From Octopus vulgaris (lineage: Eukaryota): a stretch of DNA of 64,000 nucleotides. The stretch spans positions 61,256,001 through 61,320,000 of the forward strand of contig OX597814.1 of NCBI GenBank assembly GCA_951406725.2, given 5' to 3'. Under the pieces are notes generated by a model. It worked only from the letters and a program-made list of their open reading frames with translations, did no database searches and had not been told where the DNA came from. Shown in pieces: positions 1 to 11,849 of the stretch (position 1 is its first letter; each line of letters starts with the position of its first letter). Made by a program: the position numbers and the translations under genes.

Positions 1-759
1 ATAGGTGCCTAAAGAAGGTTGGTAGGTAGAGTGATTGAAACATTATAACTATAACAACCAAGATGAAAATACTAATCTAAATGAATCAATGTGCAAGAAT
101 TCAGACAAAATAGCAGGCCTGGCAAAATGTTTAGCAGCATTCTGTCTGTCCTGCCTTTTATCCTTTCGGGATTAATAAAATAAGTACCGGTTGAACACTA
201 AGGTCAATGTAATCAAATTACAAATGGCCTTGTGCCAAAATTTGAAACCAATATTTCAAACAATTTTTTTAAAATCTATTCTAAAACAGCAGTAGTTTAA
301 TAAGAGTTATGACATGGATAATTCATGGAGAAAATGAAACACAAGAAAACTTTATATCAGTTAGGTATCTGTTTTCTGTACAAGTATGAGCCAGACAAGT
401 CTGCCATACACCTTTTCAGATGTTTAAATCATGAGTCATTTTATCAATGTAGACCAATACTGAAAAATTCAGTCCAACTATTTCTCCTTTACCAAGCCTT
501 TTTAGATGTATTTCAACAGCTACTAATCATTCATTACACAATATGTGTTATGTATTAGCATTAAATATTCATGTCAGGATACTAATTTCTAACCCAAATT
601 TGATGCCTAGCCACTCTCTCAGTTCACTTGTGTTTAAACTTTCTTAGAAACTAACATTGCATTCCCAATCAAGTATATTTGTCTCAAAGAATATTATTTT
701 GTAAACAGAATTAAAAAAATACTTTAAAATAAAATTACTTTTAGAAGAGTAATACTCAC

Positions 760-815
760 AAAAGGACCTCTAGGCTCAATTACTCTTTGTGCAGCAAAAC
801 TCTTTGTAAAATTTT
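760..815 (-). CDS. GLB1: GLB1-like exon 7 (56 nt) (K)NFTKSFAAQRVIEPRGPF
   Basis: ttcttttctctttag acceptor, GTGAGT donor; aligns with human SNITDAFLSQRKCEPKGPL, N-glycosylation sequon kept. Confidence 0.94.
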
Positions 816-914
816 CTAAAGAGAAAAGAATGACAAGGTTTATTTATAAGTAGAAGTTTTTAACTGGAAAACTGGAAGATTTATACATTATGCTTTTATC
901 ACATTTACATTATT

Positions 915-1245
915 ATTACCTCCGCCTTAGCAAAGGCAAAGGTATTGTTTTCAGTTGTGTTTGTTTGCTTGTTTGTTTGTCCATGGACAAGATGTCTCAA
1001 GAATCGCTGGATGGATTCAGATGAAACTTTCAGAGATGTTTGGCCTCGAGACTGGCACAAACTAATTAGATTTTGGGATTCATAGGATACCAGACAAGGA
1101 TTCTGGATTATTTTTCCAGTCTTTTAATTTAATTTTTTGAGAGTGGTCAGGTTCATTTTTAGTATTCTTGTTTGTGAGAGGAGTCAAGTTTATTTCAGAT
1201 ATTTTCATTTTAAAAATCATCCCCGGCTAATCATTGAGTGCTCTT
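915..1245 (+). mobile_element. Helentron/HINE (DINE-1-like) non-autonomous element, partial
   Basis: Starts TTATTACCTCCGCC, then GTTT microsatellite and a GGATGGATT..ATGAAACTT core typical of these elements; 3' end degraded. Confidence 0.5.
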
Positions 1246-1249
1246 TTTC

Positions 1250-1388
1250 TTATTCTTATTCTTCTTATTATTATAATTACTATTATTATTATTACTATTC
1301 TTCTTCTTCTTCTTCTTATTATTATTATTACTATTACTATTACTATTATTATTACTATTATTATTATTACTAGTATTACTATTATTAC
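1250..1388. repeat. (ATT/ACT/CTT)n microsatellite
   Basis: Direct reading; source of poly-Y/poly-I ORFs. Confidence 0.95.
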
Positions 1389-1578
1389 GGAGTGGTTGGT
1401 GTTAGGAAGGGCATCCAGCCGTAGAAACACTGCCAGATCAGACTGGGCCTGATGCTTCACAGACCCCAGTTGAACCGTCCAACCCATGCTAGCATGGAAA
1501 GCGGACGCTAAATGATGATGATGATGATTATTATTATTATTATTGCGAAGTCGATATAGAACCTCATCCGACGACAGA

Positions 1579-2310
1579 CACCCATGCCAACCCCCCATGC
1601 TTGCGAAGACATGTTGGGGCAAGCGAAATCGAAATCGAAACCGAATTGAACCAGCCAGGATCCCTGGCCTGGTGGTACGTAAAAAGCACTATCCGACTCG
1701 TGGCCGTGGCACGTAAAATACTCCAATGCGACCGTACGACAGGCACCCATGCCAACCCCCTTTGCTTGTGAAGACATGTTGGGGCAAGCGAAATCGAAAT
1801 CGAATTGAACCAGCCAGGATCCCTGGTCTGATGGTACGTAAAAAGCACTATCCGACTCGTGGCCGTGGCACGTAAAATACTCCAATGCGACCGTATGACA
1901 GGCACCCTTGCCAACCCCCTTTGCTTGTGAAGACATGTTGGGGCAAGCGAAATCGAAATCGAATTGAACCAGCCAGGATCCCTGGTCTGGTGGTACGTAA
2001 AAAGCACTATCCGACTCGTGGCCGATGCCAGCACCGCCTCGACTGGCTTCCGTGCCGGTGGCACATAAAATACACCAATCTGACCGTGGCCGTTGCCAGT
2101 CCCGCCTGGCACCTGTGCAGGTGGCACGTAAAAAGCACCCACTACACTCACGGAGTGGTTGGCGTTAGGAAGGGCATCCAGCTGTAGAAACATTGCCAAA
2201 TTAGACTGGAGCCTGGTGCAGCCTTCTGGCTTCCCAGAACCCCGGTCGAACCGTCCAACCCATGCTAGCATGGAGAACGGACGTTAAACGACGATGATGA
2301 TGATGATGAT
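1579..2310 (+). mobile_element. RTE-type LINE 3' UTR with tandem triplication (units start 1579, 1744, 1903) and (GAT)n tail
   Basis: 165- and 159-bp near-identical units. The distal part matches the UTR that follows the RTE ORF end at 18470-18690. CpG-rich, so likely young. Confidence 0.8.
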
Positions 2311-2412
2311 TATTATTATTACTATTATTATTACTACTATTATTATTATTATTACTATTATTATTACTACTATTATTATTACTACTATTATTATTACTAT
2401 TATTATTATTAC

Positions 2413-2485
<73 letters not shown>
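2309..2485. repeat. (ATT)n microsatellite
   Basis: Direct reading. Confidence 0.97.
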
Positions 2486-2488
<3 letters not shown>

Positions 2489-2499
2489 TAGACTTATTT

Positions 2500-2790
2500 T
2501 TATCATATGCTTTCACAGCACTACTGAGCACAGCTCTGTGTGCCTTGGGTATGTGCTGTGGTTTGTTGTGATGCTCTTATTTTCACTGTATTGAAAGTGT
2601 TTTACGTAGGATGTGTACGGTGCCTAGTAGTGCTATTTTCTGTATGTTATTATATATTTGTAAGTCCTGGTGTTTTTGTTACATATTTATTTGAATGTTT
2701 TTCTATCATACCTAATGCGCCTATGATAGGAATTGTTTCTGTTTTTAGGTTCCACATTTGAGTTACCTCTATTTTCAGATCTTTGTAACC
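2500..2790 (-). mobile_element. 3' end of R4/Dong-like (restriction-like endonuclease) LINE
   Basis: YKDLKIEVTQMWNLKTETIPIIGALGMI...IQKIALLGTVHILRKTL is the typical RLE C-terminus. Confidence 0.8.
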
Positions 2791-4360
2791 TGGAATGATG
2801 TGGTTGGGAAGCAAGCTTCTTACCACACTCATCTTCTAAATTAAATCACTTTCTCCATCCACTTGCATGCAAGCTTTCTTGTGATTAAAAATAACACAAA
2901 AAAAAAACAGTATAGGAAAGAAAGAAAGAAAGAGAGAAGAATCTCACAATGTAAATATGTGAGAAGCTCTAGTATCTATGAAACTGAAAATATTTGATAA
3001 AAATACAAGCAATATTTCTACATCAAAGCATTCAAATTAAATCAGAATAAAATGAATAGAGAAATGCTTTGGTCCAATAGTAGAACATTTGTTTTGTTTA
3101 CAGAAGATGCGGGTTCAAATCTTATGAGCAGATTTCAACTTTATCTATCTGAAAGATTTTTTAACCAAATATTTAAAGACTTATTTACAGCTTTATCTGC
3201 TTTGAGTTTCAACCATTTCAAAAATAGAATTATTTAATTAAATATTTTGATATAATGATATTTTTATGAAATAATATTTTAATGAAGAACACCCAGTGTA
3301 AACAATATTATAATTCAATCCATATGAAAGAAAATAGTAGTAGAACCAGATACTGAAAAAAGGGATGGGTGTGTGATAAGAAGTTTGCTTCCCAACTACA
3401 TGGCTCCGGATTCAGTCCTACTGTGTGGCGCTTTGGGCAAGTGTCTTCTATTATAGCTTGGGCCAATCAAAGCCTTGTAAGTGGATTTTGTAGCCAGAAA
3501 TTAAAAGAAGCCCATCGTCGTCGCCGCCATCATCATCATCATCAATTAACGTCTGTTGTCCATGTTGGCATGGGTTGGGCAGTGTGACCTGTGCAAGCAA
3601 GCTGGTGGGGCTGAACCACCAGTCTGATTTGGCATGGTTTCTATGGCTGGATACCCTTCCTAACACCAACCTCTAGACAAAGTGTGCTGGGTGCTTTTAT
3701 GTGGCACTGCACGGGCACATTTACTTAGCACCACATGGGTGCTTTTATGTGGCACCACCACAAGTGCTTTACACCACCAGAAGGACTGGACTTAACACTT
3801 CTGCTGTGGGTTACAGGTCTTCTTGAGTATGGTCAGATGCCAAGTATCTTGTCCCTGTTTTATCATGCCTGAAAGGTTCAGCTTCCTGAGGTCGTTCTTC
3901 AGTACTTCATCCCATGTCTTCCAGGGTCTCCCATTTCAACATGTCCCTCCACTTTGAGAAATCAGCACTTCTTTATGGAGCTGTCATATATATCAGTGTG
4001 TGTGTGTGTGTGTGTGCGTGTGCATGCGTGTGTGCACGCGGGCATGCATGCAAACATGCGTGTATTTGTGTTTTCATGTCCGTGTTTGTCCCCCACCACT
4101 GCTTGGCAACTGTTGCTGGTGTGTTTACATACCCTTAACTTAATGTTTCAGCTAAAGACACCAATAGAATTAGTACCAGGCTTAACAAAAAAGTTAGTAC
4201 TTGGGTTGATTCATTCAACTAAAAAATCTTCAAAACAGTATCCCAGTATGGCCACACTAATTGTTAATCCTTTTATTACTATATTTCAGTTAAAATACAC
4301 TGATTATATTTCAATTAATTTTGCAAATAAAATGAATTTAGTAATATAATTTTGTCATTA

Positions 4361-4983
4361 TTAAGCTGACGTTTGGGACATAAATTAACATTAAATTTTG
4401 ATGGATGGTTTTAATTTAGCTCCTGTTCCTTTATTCTTTTACTTGTTTCACTCATTTGACTGCTATCTAGCTAGCTAGATAGATAGATAGACTGAAACAA
4501 GTAAAAGAATAAAGGAACATGATCTAAATTAAAACCATCCATCAAAATTTAATACTCTTTACTCTTTTACTTGTTTCAGTCATTTGACTGTGGCCATGCT
4601 GGAGCACCACCTTTAGTTGAGCAAATTGACCCCAGGACTTATTCTTTGTAAGCCTAGTACTTATTCTATCAGCCTCTTTTGCCGAACAGCTAAGTTACAG
4701 GGATGTAAACACACCAGCATCGGTTGTCAAACGATGTTGGGGGATCAAACAAAGACACACAAACACACATATATATACGATGGGCTTCTTTCAGTTTCCA
4801 TCTACCAAATCCACTCACAAGGCTTTGGTCGGCCCAAGGCTATAGCAGAAGACACTTGCCCAAGGTATCACGTAGTGGAATTGAACCTGGAACCATGTGG
4901 TTCGTAAGCAAGCTACTTACCACACAGCCACTCCTACGCCTATTGTTAATTTATGTTAATTTATGTCCCAAATGTCAGTTTAA
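4361..4983. repeat. Foldback inverted duplication (4390-4453 vs 4490-4553; 4361-4391 vs 4953-4983), right arm split by a SINE
   Basis: Inner arms 61/64 identical by hand; spacer contains (TAGC)/(GATA) repeats. Confidence 0.9.
4555..4940 (-). mobile_element. tRNA-derived SINE family A, full-length copy
   Basis: Head GGCGTAGGAGTGGCTGTGTGG (A box)...GGTTCAATTCC (B box), central microsatellite, tail ...GACTGAAACAAGTAAAAGAG; more than 15 related pieces in the window. Confidence 0.85.
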
Positions 4984-5222
4984 GAAAGAAAGAAAGGAAG
5001 GAAGATAGATAAATAGATAGATAGATACGATGGGGTTCTTTCAGTTTCCATCTACCAAATCCATTTGCCATGCAGTGGGACTGGTCCTCGAAGCATGTGG
5101 TTGGAAAGCAAACCTTTTACCATACAACCATGCCTGCACTATGTTAAACAAGAAGTTTGTATTGTACAACTGGGGTAGTTCGGGTGGGTTGGTATTGAAG
5201 GGGCTAAATGTTCCAAACTTAC

Positions 5223-5406
5223 TTGTTATACCAAAGTCACAAGTAGCATACATCCCTTGCAAAGCACCACATTTAATACGGCCTACAGAATTTCCATCAG
5301 TTGTGAACAGAAAGGCTTTGTTTTCGAACGCTTGATTAACTTTTCTCTCTAAATGCCTTATATATTCATGGTCACATGCAAAGTAGCTGCCATACTCATT
5401 TTCTAC
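5223..5406 (-). CDS. GLB1: GLB1-like exon 6 (184 nt) VENEYGSYFACDHEY...FLFTTDGN...KCGALQGMYATCDFGIT, carrying the catalytic acid/base Glu
   Basis: tctttcttttttag acceptor, GTAAGT donor; VENEYGSY motif (Glu188 equivalent, codon 5397-5395); both Cys equivalent to human C195/C230 are present. Confidence 0.98.
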
Positions 5407-5472
5407 CTAAAAAAGAAAGAATAAAAGAAATCAATAAACAAAACAAAAAATGCTATGAAATAACTGTTAAGT

Positions 5473-5976
5473 CAGTGTTTCTCTACTGGGGTCAATATGG
5501 GACTTAGGAGTTCATATACAACAGGGTGCTGAAAAGTTCCTGCCTTTGGGTAAAAGAAAATACAGAACGATCAGTTAATTATGATTTTATCCAACACATT
5601 CCCATCTTAAATTCCCACACTTATTACCCTTAGAAAAACTAAGCCCTTAGAAAAACAGGGTTTAGTTTTTCGAAGACCTGTAAAAAAAACTCAGAAGGTT
5701 GGGCCTCCAACCAGGCCTTTCGTGATACCTTTAAAGCCAGGAACTTTTCAGCACCCCCTCGTAAGAGTTTGTTATTAAAATTTATGCACAATAAGTCGCT
5801 TATACTTCTACAACACACAAAATATTTTAATAGTTTTTTAACACAATTCCTAATAATATTTAATCATAAAAATACAATAGGATTTTTTTATATACATATC
5901 AAATGGCTACAGATGTCCAGTAGAGTATTATAGGAATCAAAGGGATCCATAGGCAAAAAATGGTTGAGAAATACTG
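5473..5976. mobile_element. hAT (Charlie-like) MITE with perfect 8-bp TSD TGTTAAGT
   Basis: Ends CAGTGTTTCTCTAC / GTTGAGAAATACTG; TGTTAAGT at 5465-5472 and 5977-5984. Confidence 0.85.
5517..5763. mobile_element. Mariner-type MITE nested in the hAT MITE
   Basis: TIRs GGGTGCTGAAAAGTTCCTG / CAGGAACTTTTCAGCACCC with TA ends. Confidence 0.85.
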
Positions 5977-6090
5977 TGTTAAGTAATATCAGATATGGGT
6001 AGTCCTGACTCTTTTATCCGACTCATATTAGCGCTTCTGAAGTCTAATAAAAACAAAAGTGATATCTCTTGAAATCCTTTTATTTTAAAT

Positions 6091-6477
6091 CTTTTGCTAG
6101 TTTCAGTCTCTGCACTGTGGCCATACTGAAGCATCACCTTGATGGGTTTTAGTCGAAAAGATTGCCCAGTATTTATTTTTAAGTCTGGTACATTCTCTAT
6201 TGGTCTCTTTTGCAGAACCACTGAGTTACAATGACATAAACAAACCAACGTCAGTTGCCAGGTGGTGTGGGTGGGGGTAAACACACATGCATGTGTGCAT
6301 GCATATGAACACACAATAGGTATCCAGATAGTTTCAGTCAACCAAATTCACTCGCCAAGCATCAATCAGCTTGAGGCTATCATAGAAGACACCTGCCCAA
6401 GGTGCTGCACAGTGGGACTGAACCCAGAACCATGTGGTTGAGAAGCAAACTTCTTACCACACAGCCATGCCTGTGCC
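6091..6477 (-). mobile_element. SINE family A
   Basis: Collinear similarity to 4555-4940. Confidence 0.8.
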
Positions 6478-7176
6478 TAATGTATGTAAAATTTAAATAG
6501 AATGTTTATCAATTAATATAGGTACAGATGAACATGTATGATTAAGAATTAACTTAACTACATGTAACATGATCATTAAAAACATTTAGTTAACATATTA
6601 AAGGTGCAAGTAGGGCTGTGTGGTAAGAAGTCTGCTTCCAAAAACACTTGGTTCCAGGTTCTCCCTTTGGAATTGGTAGACAAAACCTGAAAGAAGCTTG
6701 TTATATGTGTAGTGTATATATGTATGTTTGTGTCTCCCTGTTTTAACATCATGTGATAAATGTAAAATGATTGACACTATCATACAATCAATGTCATTCA
6801 TTTCCAATATTCTGTGAGAACATATCAGACAATAGGGAAGTATTACTTTGATTGGTAAAAGTAAGAGTTGGTGACAGGTTTCTGTGTAAATTTGGAGGTA
6901 CATAGCCTTATCCACCTCTGATGATATGTACAAATGAGAATTTATAGTCAGGGCACCAGAGCTGTAAATTCTGCATTGATTCACCATAAATGTTCTCTCT
7001 GCTAGGCAGCTGACCTCTACAACAGTGCGTGACTGTGTGTGTATGTGTGTGCGTATGCATGCATGCACACATGCATGTCTGTTTGGTGGCCTCCTAATTC
7101 TTTGTCTTGCAAGTTACTTTGCAACCTTGCTAGCACTCACAGAAAAAGCAAACATATATAAATATATATATATATG

Positions 7177-7284
7177 AAAGGCAAAGTTGACCCCAGCGGA
7201 ATTTGAACTCGGAACGTAATGGCAGACGAAATACGGCAACGCATTTCGCCCAGCGTGCTAACGTTTCTGCCAGCTCGCCGCCTT
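7177..7284 (-). mobile_element. tRNA-derived SINE family B, 5' part
   Basis: GGCGGCGAGCTGGCAGAAACGTTAG...GAGTTCAAATTCC head; related copies near 100-250, 16795-16960, 22243, 22508, 27323, 28493, 39983, 45170, 63977. Confidence 0.75.
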
Positions 7285-8236
7285 CAAATATATATATATG
7301 TTCATACAGATGTGCACATGCACACACACACACAAAGACAGACAGACATGCACACTTATATGATTTAATAAAAGGAGTATGTGTAGCATCTATGAACTTT
7401 TTTTTATCTTTGTGACTCATAAGGAAATGTAGAGGAAGTAACCAGGACTCATAGATTGCTCTGCGTGAAAGCAACACATCATAATGGTAATTAATCTACC
7501 TTTCGGTAGAGAACCGAACATTTTGTCCTAATACCAGCATCAGAGTGGACTCTACTAAAGACATCAAAGGACCAAATAGGGGTTCAATTACCTAATATGA
7601 AATCAGAAGGACATATAAAGATGCTTAAAAAAAGATTGCAGTGGTGATTTGAAACCTAACCACTAGATAACCAGTCAGACACTATGAGCAAACCACTGCA
7701 ATTTCATGTGATTGAATCATTAAACAATCAATCACCATGAAGTTGTGCCATGATTTAGTTTTCTAGAATATTTTTCTTGTACCCTTTAAAAGACCACTTC
7801 TTGAGCCTAAACTCTTTGCAGAATGTTGAAAGCAGCTGAGTGACATGTGCCACCATTCTTGCCACTCTGACAGTTCCAGACATTTATACAGACAGCCAAG
7901 GACCTTTGTCATCATGGAGATTTGCATAGTTGACATTATATATTTTTGGGCCAATTGTATGATGTCACACAGAAAGCTTTCTGTAATTTCAGAGCAGTTG
8001 TCTCTCTCCCAGTGCATAATTATAATTATGTGCATTTTTATTATAATTATGTGCATAATTATTATAATTATGTGCAGCTATCTCTCTCCCAGTGCATAAT
8101 TATAATTATGCATAATTAATGTCATTAATTATAAATGGCCAACAACAAACATCCTTAAGTCCAATGAAAAATATTTCAATTAAATATTCACAGGCTTTGA
8201 TACCGTTATTATTCACACAGCCAACAAAATATATCC

Positions 8237-8620
8237 ACAGGCATGGTTGTGTGGTAAGAAGCTTGCTTCTCAACCACATGGTTTCAGGTTCAGTCCCACT
8301 GTGTAGCACATTGGGCAAGTATCTTCTACAGTAGCCTCAGGCTGACCAAAGCCTTATGAGTGGATTTGGTACACGAAAACTGAAAGAAGCACATCGTGTG
8401 TGTGTTTGTCCCCTCAACACCATTTAACAACCAGTGTTGGTATGTTTGCATCCCTATAACTTAGTCGTTTGGCAAAAGAAATTGATAGAATAAATACTAG
8501 GCTTCAAAAAAAAAAAATAAGACCTGAGGTCGGTTTGCTCAACTAAAACCCTTCAAGGCAGTGCCCCAGCATGGCCACAGTTAAATGACTGAAACAAGTA
8601 AAAGATAAAAAATAAAAGAT
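8237..8620 (+). mobile_element. SINE family A, about 40 nt from the exon 5 donor
   Basis: Full head-to-tail similarity to other copies. Confidence 0.85.
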
Positions 8621-8657
8621 AACACCAAACAAGCAACAAGATCTTATTTTAACTTAC

Positions 8658-8752
8658 TTGAACCATAATGACAGGACCACCATTTAAATATAACATGGGC
8701 TTCAGCAAAGGAAGCAATTTATCAAGCCACTCATCCACATACTTGAGATATA
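8658..8752 (-). CDS. GLB1: GLB1-like exon 5 (95 nt) [31 protein letters not shown]
   Basis: ttctttag acceptor, GTAAGT donor; NGGP.I.VQ motif; same length as human exon 5. Confidence 0.97.
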
Positions 8753-8818
8753 CTAAAGAAATAGAAAAATCATATATATATAGACAGATATTTACATATA
8801 CATATGCAAACACATACA

Positions 8819-11400
8819 TAGGGGAGACTGGGGTTAGTTGACTACATTTTTTACATTTTCACTGACAGAGCAATACTATTTAATGTATTCTACTGCATCT
8901 TGTATTACACGCATAAATCAACCATAGCAGAAGACTTACAAAGCTAGAGATCTCATCTGCTTATTGTCTGGATTTATATTTTGTGCATTTTCTAAGACCA
9001 CTTAAATGTGTCAACTTGCCCTGATACTGGGGCAAGTTGACACATATAATGGGGTATGTTGACACATGAATGCATTTTCTTGGAACATACATGTTAGTGG
9101 ACAGAAACACATGATATAAGCTTGTTGGTTTGATCAAGGGCCTTTATTACAATTTCATTACATATCATCATCAGAGTCACAATTTGGGCATGTGAATATT
9201 GTCAGACCTGGTGTGCATGCCTCGTGAGCCCAACCTTTACAATCAGAGCATTGAAGCCACACTTCCCTTCCTTGCTGTTGGAAAAAGGCTCGCAGCACTC
9301 TTCCTCATCAGAGGTATCACTTTCTTGAATTTGAACTTTTTTCTTAAGAGTTGGACCTTTACTCTTCATTGGCCCGCCCTTACTGAGTCCCTTTCCTATC
9401 ATTCCTTTATCAATGTTTGTCTTCTTTTTACTTTTACTTTGTGTTTTCTTCTATGATTGCTCTTTTAACCGGCAAGTCAGCGAGGATTTCAGAACAACGT
9501 TTCTTTCTTCCTCTGGTTGATTCTTTCCTAGGGCCTGCTTTGGGTAGTGGACAGATTTGAAATGGTGAAAGAAAAGACCTGGTGGCTATGTTGCTTGAAA
9601 GCCCAGGTGTTGCAGGTGCTGAAAATGCAGGATCCAGTCGGTCAGTGACATAGCTTGGTGCAAAGTCGCTGTCTGTCAAAATGTTGTGATTAAAAGGGCA
9701 TATTCCTGAAGAAGAAAAGCCACTAAGAATGTTCGTCGGAGTTGCAGTCAATGGCTATGCAATTTTAACAATACACGGAATGTTATAAATGGTCATGGTC
9801 TAGCCAGGATGGTTAATATGCCAGTCATCAATGGCAGTGTTTGTGTACTTCTTCAGTGATCCATTGACCGCTTTGTCCAACGGCTGTAACCTGTGTGTGC
9901 AGTGAAGTGGGAAAGAAAGCATGTTGATGCCATTGTCTGATGCATAAGTCATTCCCTCGATACTAAGGTGGGAATTGTGATTGTCTAGCAAGAGAAGGCA
10001 CAGTGACTGCTTTGAACATTTCACATTCCTCACAAAGTGTTGAAGGAATTTCACAAACTGCTCCTCACACGTCCAACCACATGGATTAGCACCTCCATTG
10101 CTGCCTGATAGTCCATTGTTCAGGAAATGTGGCCTAAAGTTCTTCCGAGGAAAAACAAAAAATGGTGGTATGCTGTTTCCAGCGGCATTTACACAGCATG
10201 CCAATGTGACCAGAGATCCCCTCTCCGCACTTGTCATTTTTCCCACTTGCTTTGTTCCTTTTCTGGCAATAATTCTATCGGGGCGCTGCACAGTTGTTAT
10301 GCCAGTTTCATCCATGTTGTAGATATTGAATGGATCAAATTTATCCCGAAGCATCACCTCAGCAAGTTGGTTGAAAAACAGCAACATTTGTCATGTTGAA
10401 ACTTGTTGCTTGTGCCAAGCTTGTTGCCTATGGACTTCTTATGGATAAATTCTTGTGTCGTTGAAGATATCCAGAGAACCAGTCTTCACCTGCCATTTCT
10501 GTCTCATGCCAGGTTGGAGGGATATTACATCCATGTGCCTTTGCCATCTGAAAAGCCAATTTCCGCACATCCTTTGGAGCAAGCCCATAGCAAATTTCTG
10601 CGGCAGCCAAAACATAAGCCTCTAACTGATTCTCAAACTCGTCGGTAAAAACTTGCTGTGGCTTTTTGTATCCACTAAGACTGTGATCATTGTTGTTTGC
10701 TTCAGTGACCTTGGTGCAGTAGCGAGACAGATTTTAAAGGGATGCCAAATGTCCTCGAAGCTTCCCGCAAGGAGATGACATGAGCTCGGACCTGTTGAAT
10801 AACCTGTTGGATTACATCCTGTGGAAGGGTTGCCCTCTCACTTTTGCAATTGTAGTGTCACACCATGACAATTGTAGATCTAGGTCTATAAAGAGAGAGA
10901 GAGAGGGAGAAATAAAAAGCAATTTAGCTCACTGCATAATCCAACAGTGAAAGCAAAACGAAGCTCTCAGTGTTCACCTACTTTTTAGTTTCAAGCATGC
11001 CTGGTCACGGCATAACTTCATGCTTATATATCAGTGGTACAGGTTACAAAGCTGAGGCAGTATACAAGCTGTTGACTAAGTAGGTAGCGGTATGAAGATA
11101 GAATAGGTTGGTATACATAAAGATAGCTGATCTAAAACTATAGCGAGCAATACATAAATTACTCAATGAATTGATCCAATGTACCAGACATGAATCAAAT
11201 AGCAAACACTCTTAGTTAAAATGGGATACAGTCTGTGAATCAATGTAAGCAACCTACAACAACTTTATCACAGGTTGGGGAAAGTTGACACACTGTGTCA
11301 ACGTGCCCGTTTACATGTGTCAATTTGCCCCGACCCCATTTCCCTTGTAAATGTAAACACTGAGAGAAAACCACTAGGGTTTTGCAAGAATCCATTTGTA
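8819..11400 (-). mobile_element. pogo/Tigger-like DDE_1 DNA transposon, frameshifted, one end lost
   Basis: ORF pieces: CENP-B HTH (AGEDWFSGYLQRHKNLSIR), IYNMDETG, LLLLDNHNSH, FPLHCTHRLQPLD, Cys-rich C-terminus. Terminus TAGGGGAGACTGGGG; subterminal GGGG(C/A)AAGTTGACACA repeats at 9008-9066 and 11277-11331. Confidence 0.9.
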
Positions 11401-11626
11401 TAGGGTCGTGAGAGATATTTTACCATGTAATAGTTAAGTATGTGCTTCTGGTGATTCTTCTATATCAATTCTATTGAGGAAAATGAGTTGGACTATTGTT
11501 TGTGGACTGAATTATCTGGTGTTATCCTCACTTATATATTTATCTTTTGTCCCAAGTCTGAAATTCTTGAGCACTTCTAAGGGAAAATAGGAGTTTATCA
11601 AGTATTCTTTCTTAGATATAACTATA

Positions 11627-11667
<41 letters not shown>

Positions 11668-11849
11668 GGGCATATATTTATTTATATATATATATGTATA
11701 TACACACACACAAACGTACATAGATGCATGCATGCATGCATAAACACATACATACATACATATAGGCACTGGTACAGCTGTATGGTTTCAATTTCAATTC
11801 CAATGAGTGGTATGATAGGTGGTGTCTTCTACTGACCCAGTACAGCCAA

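Noticed and set aside
1-759. GLB1 exon 8 (NSEFYTGW, nucleophile Glu)
   Set aside because: Not found; it presumably lies left of the window, so catalytic completeness cannot be confirmed here.
1579-2030. CRISPR-like or coding repeat array
   Set aside because: Whole units repeat with no unique spacers; eukaryotic LINE UTR context.
8658-8752. Elastin-binding-protein-like isoform (skip exons 3, 4, 6 as in human GLB1); skipped lengths total 399 nt, a multiple of 3
   Set aside because: Exon 5 in the shifted frame reads ATA TCT CAA GTA TGT GGA TGA, an early stop.
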